DNA of 64,000 nt from Malacoraja senta (Eukaryota): the NCBI GenBank assembly GCA_038087875.1, contig CM075990.1, forward strand, positions 18,106,001 to 18,170,000, read 5' to 3'. Shown here piece by piece: positions 61,310 to 64,000 of the stretch. Both the position numbers and the translations under genes were made by a program. Below the pieces are notes generated by a model that worked only from the letters and a program-made list of their open reading frames with translations, was not told where the DNA came from and made no database searches. Positions within the stretch are counted from its first letter, which is position 1; each line of letters starts with the position of its first letter.

Positions 61310-64000
61310 ATTCTATCACCCTGAAGCAACGAAATCCTGGAATATTTAGTTTCCAATCACAGCCATCCTGCAACCATGTTTCACTGATCGCCACAACATC
61401 ATACTTCCCGGTGTCAATCCAGGCTCTAAGCTCATCCACCTTTCTTACAATGCTCCTAGCATTTAAATATACACATTTAAGAAACCCACCACCTCTTATT
61501 CTCTGTTTATTATCTTTTTCTTCTTTGTCCCCTACATGTTGGGTCCGAGTGCTTCCCTTCTCTGCCTCCTGCCTCGCACCCTGACTACTAGCTTTCCCTA
61601 TTCGAGTCCCTCCCCCCAACCGTTCTAGTTTAAAGTCTCCCCAGTTGCCTTTGCAAATCTCCCCGCCAGGATATTGGCGTTGAACGTTACGGGGTCTGAA
61701 TGATGATCTCGTCCCAAAATGTCACCTGTTCCTTCTCACCAGAGATGCTGCCTGACCCGCTGAGTTACTCCAGCTCGTTGTCTCACCATACATTTGGGTG
61801 CATCTACATTGTTACTATCCATTTCTTCAGTACTCTCGGTTATACTCTCATCCTTGGCTCTGCTCTTGGCCTTTCCACCCTGACTTGACAATTTTTGACT
61901 GAAAATCTGGGGGGTTGAGTTTTTCCAGGTATTTTTAACCAACTGGACACCATTAAATGTTTGTTTATATAGAACGTTTCAATGTCCACGTGTAGAGTAC
62001 TGCATCAGGCAACAAGGTTGGGAGAACACTTGTGAAATTTAATGTGTATTTGATGGGGTAACTGGGGTGTTGATGTGCTTGTCAATTGCAAGTCAGTGCT
62101 GGAGCAACTCGATGGGTCCAGCAATGTCACTGGAGAATATGGATTGGTAATTCTGGGTTGGGACTCTTCAGACCCTTAAGAATTTTAGTCTAAATATATT
62201 CGACTACCTTAATATTGGTCCAACCTGTAGGAGTCCTGACTGCAGAGACACAATGGTCCTGGTTGGAGATACATCTCCAGGCATTGTCCACATGTCCAAG
62301 TGTTGTTACCTTGAGGACTAGAATCTTCCCACCCAGGACTGTCTGACCCACTGAGTTACTCCAGCACTTTGTCTAATTGTAGAGAAGGACGTTGGAACAT
62401 TTCAAACAGTAAAATGTTATGTTAATTTGATTTTTCAGCATCAAGTCTTCCTGGATTTGGTCATTCTGGAAGTCATAGGAAGGTAAGGTACCTATTTCTA
62501 ACTCTCTTCAGTTCAATGGGATAAATGTGTTAAATTATTGATGGCTTTTCAAAATTTGTTTCTTCAACATCGAGGAGCTTGAAGTCTCTGGTAGAGACCG
62601 ATGTCGGGAAGTTCCAAAGAACGCAAAAGGTTCAACTAGACCCCAAGTGAGCTGGGATTCAACCCCCCGATGCAGGACCCCCGACACGGACGGCCTGACC
62701 GCCGGCTATGGGAGTCGAGATCGTGCGTCAACGGAAGGCTCGAGGCCCCAGACCGCGGGAGACCAAAGAAGGGAAGAGTTTGAAATTTGTGTTCTGTTGC
62801 TTTTTATTGGTATGAGTGGATGGTAAATGAAATTCCTCGAGTTGCAAACATACTTTTTTTGCAACACGAGCCACCCCATGCTTGAATCGTGAGTAAATAC
62901 ACAGTGTTGGAGGAACTTGGTGGGTTTGACAACCTCTGAAGAAATGGACAGATGACTCATTGGGTCAGGAGCTCTCAGTCTGAAATATGGGGGAGAGCTG
63001 GAAATGAGGTGGGGGTTGGGCACTGCCTGACAGGTGATGGGTGGATTACAGGTGAGTGGGTGATGGGCAAATGGATGGAATAAGTGCCAAAGTCTGAAGG
63101 TGGAAGTGATGAAACATGTTGGATAAGGACAAGAACTGTGAAATGTAAAACCAGGGTGAGGTGGAGTTGGAAGGTAAAAGGGAAATATGGGACAGTTGAG
63201 AGATGAGCACACTTACCTTCATTAACTAAGTAATAACTAAATAGTAATAACTAAATAGTAATAACTAAATAGTAATAACTAAATAGTAATAACAACTAAC
63301 TAGTCCTTTCTTGTACGCTCATTTCTCAAACAGTTCCATATTCCCTCTATCCATTCCACCCATCTCTCTCCTAGTTTCATATTTCCGTTCTCTGCTTATT
63401 TGGCATTTTGTCCCTTTCACCTTGAGCCTTTGGCACTCACTCCATCCATATGCTAATCACGCCTCACATGTACCACCTATTTACTTGCTGGCTTTGTCCT
63501 GCATGCCTCTGCATCTTTTCACTCTCTCATCAGTCTTTGGAAGGTTGCTGACCTGAGATGTCATCTGTCCATTCCACTTGCAGTTAGGCAGATTGTGCCT
63601 GTACTGCTGAATGCCTCCAGCACTTTGTCTTTGGACAGAGCCATGTTCCCTGGTTGTAGTTGGCTCCTGTTACAGGGAAAATAGAGTTTAATATTTTTGA
63701 CTGGAGCTCTGTGGGATTGGGTTTTTCCAGGTATTTTTAACCATCTGGACACCACTGAATGTTTGTTTATATCTAATATCTAACGTTTAAATGTCCACGT
63801 GAGGAGTAAGGCATCGGGCAACAAGGTTGGGAGAACACTTGTGAAATATAATGGGTATTTGATGTAACTGGGGTGTTGCTGTGCTTGTAAATTGTGTCAG
63901 TGCTGGAGCAACTCGATGGGTACAGCAACATCGCTGGGGAACATGGATTGGTAATTCTGGGTAGGGACTCTTCAGACCTTAATCTCTTGAGCTAGTCTAA

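Larger units (their letters stand above)
54280..64000. repeat. Macrosatellite unit 4 (truncated by window end)
   Basis: Near-identical to unit 3 and shares its 17-bp ORF1 deletion. Confidence 0.95.

Overview
Eukaryotic, repeat-derived DNA with no recognisable host protein-coding gene. The CR1 LINEs, HE1/V-type tRNA-SINEs and Penelope-like short repeats resemble those of cartilaginous fishes (inference). Bases 1-5545 hold decayed LINE/SINE fragments, minisatellites and older diverged copies of a repeated module. From 5546 to the end is a near-identical macrosatellite: unit 1 5546-21026, unit 2 21027-36506, unit 3 36507-54279 (extra ~2.3 kb internal duplication), unit 4 from 54280 (truncated). 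Each ~15.5 kb unit has a SINE, a ~5.7 kb nested CR1 block (minus-strand RT half; plus-strand SGNH-esterase ORF1 fragment joined to an APE-RT ORF2 of another subfamily with an in-frame RT deletion; inverted ORF1/2 fragment) and a ~7.8 kb sub-array of ~1.8 kb modules in alternating dimers. Each module holds a ~44-nt AG..GTAAGG exon-like cassette and a ~730 bp fold-back with an AT-rich microsatellite loop, whose arms carry degenerate hammerhead-like motifs. The best novelty candidate is this amplified exon-like + hairpin module, possibly a non-coding small-RNA-producing locus; function cannot be shown from sequence alone.
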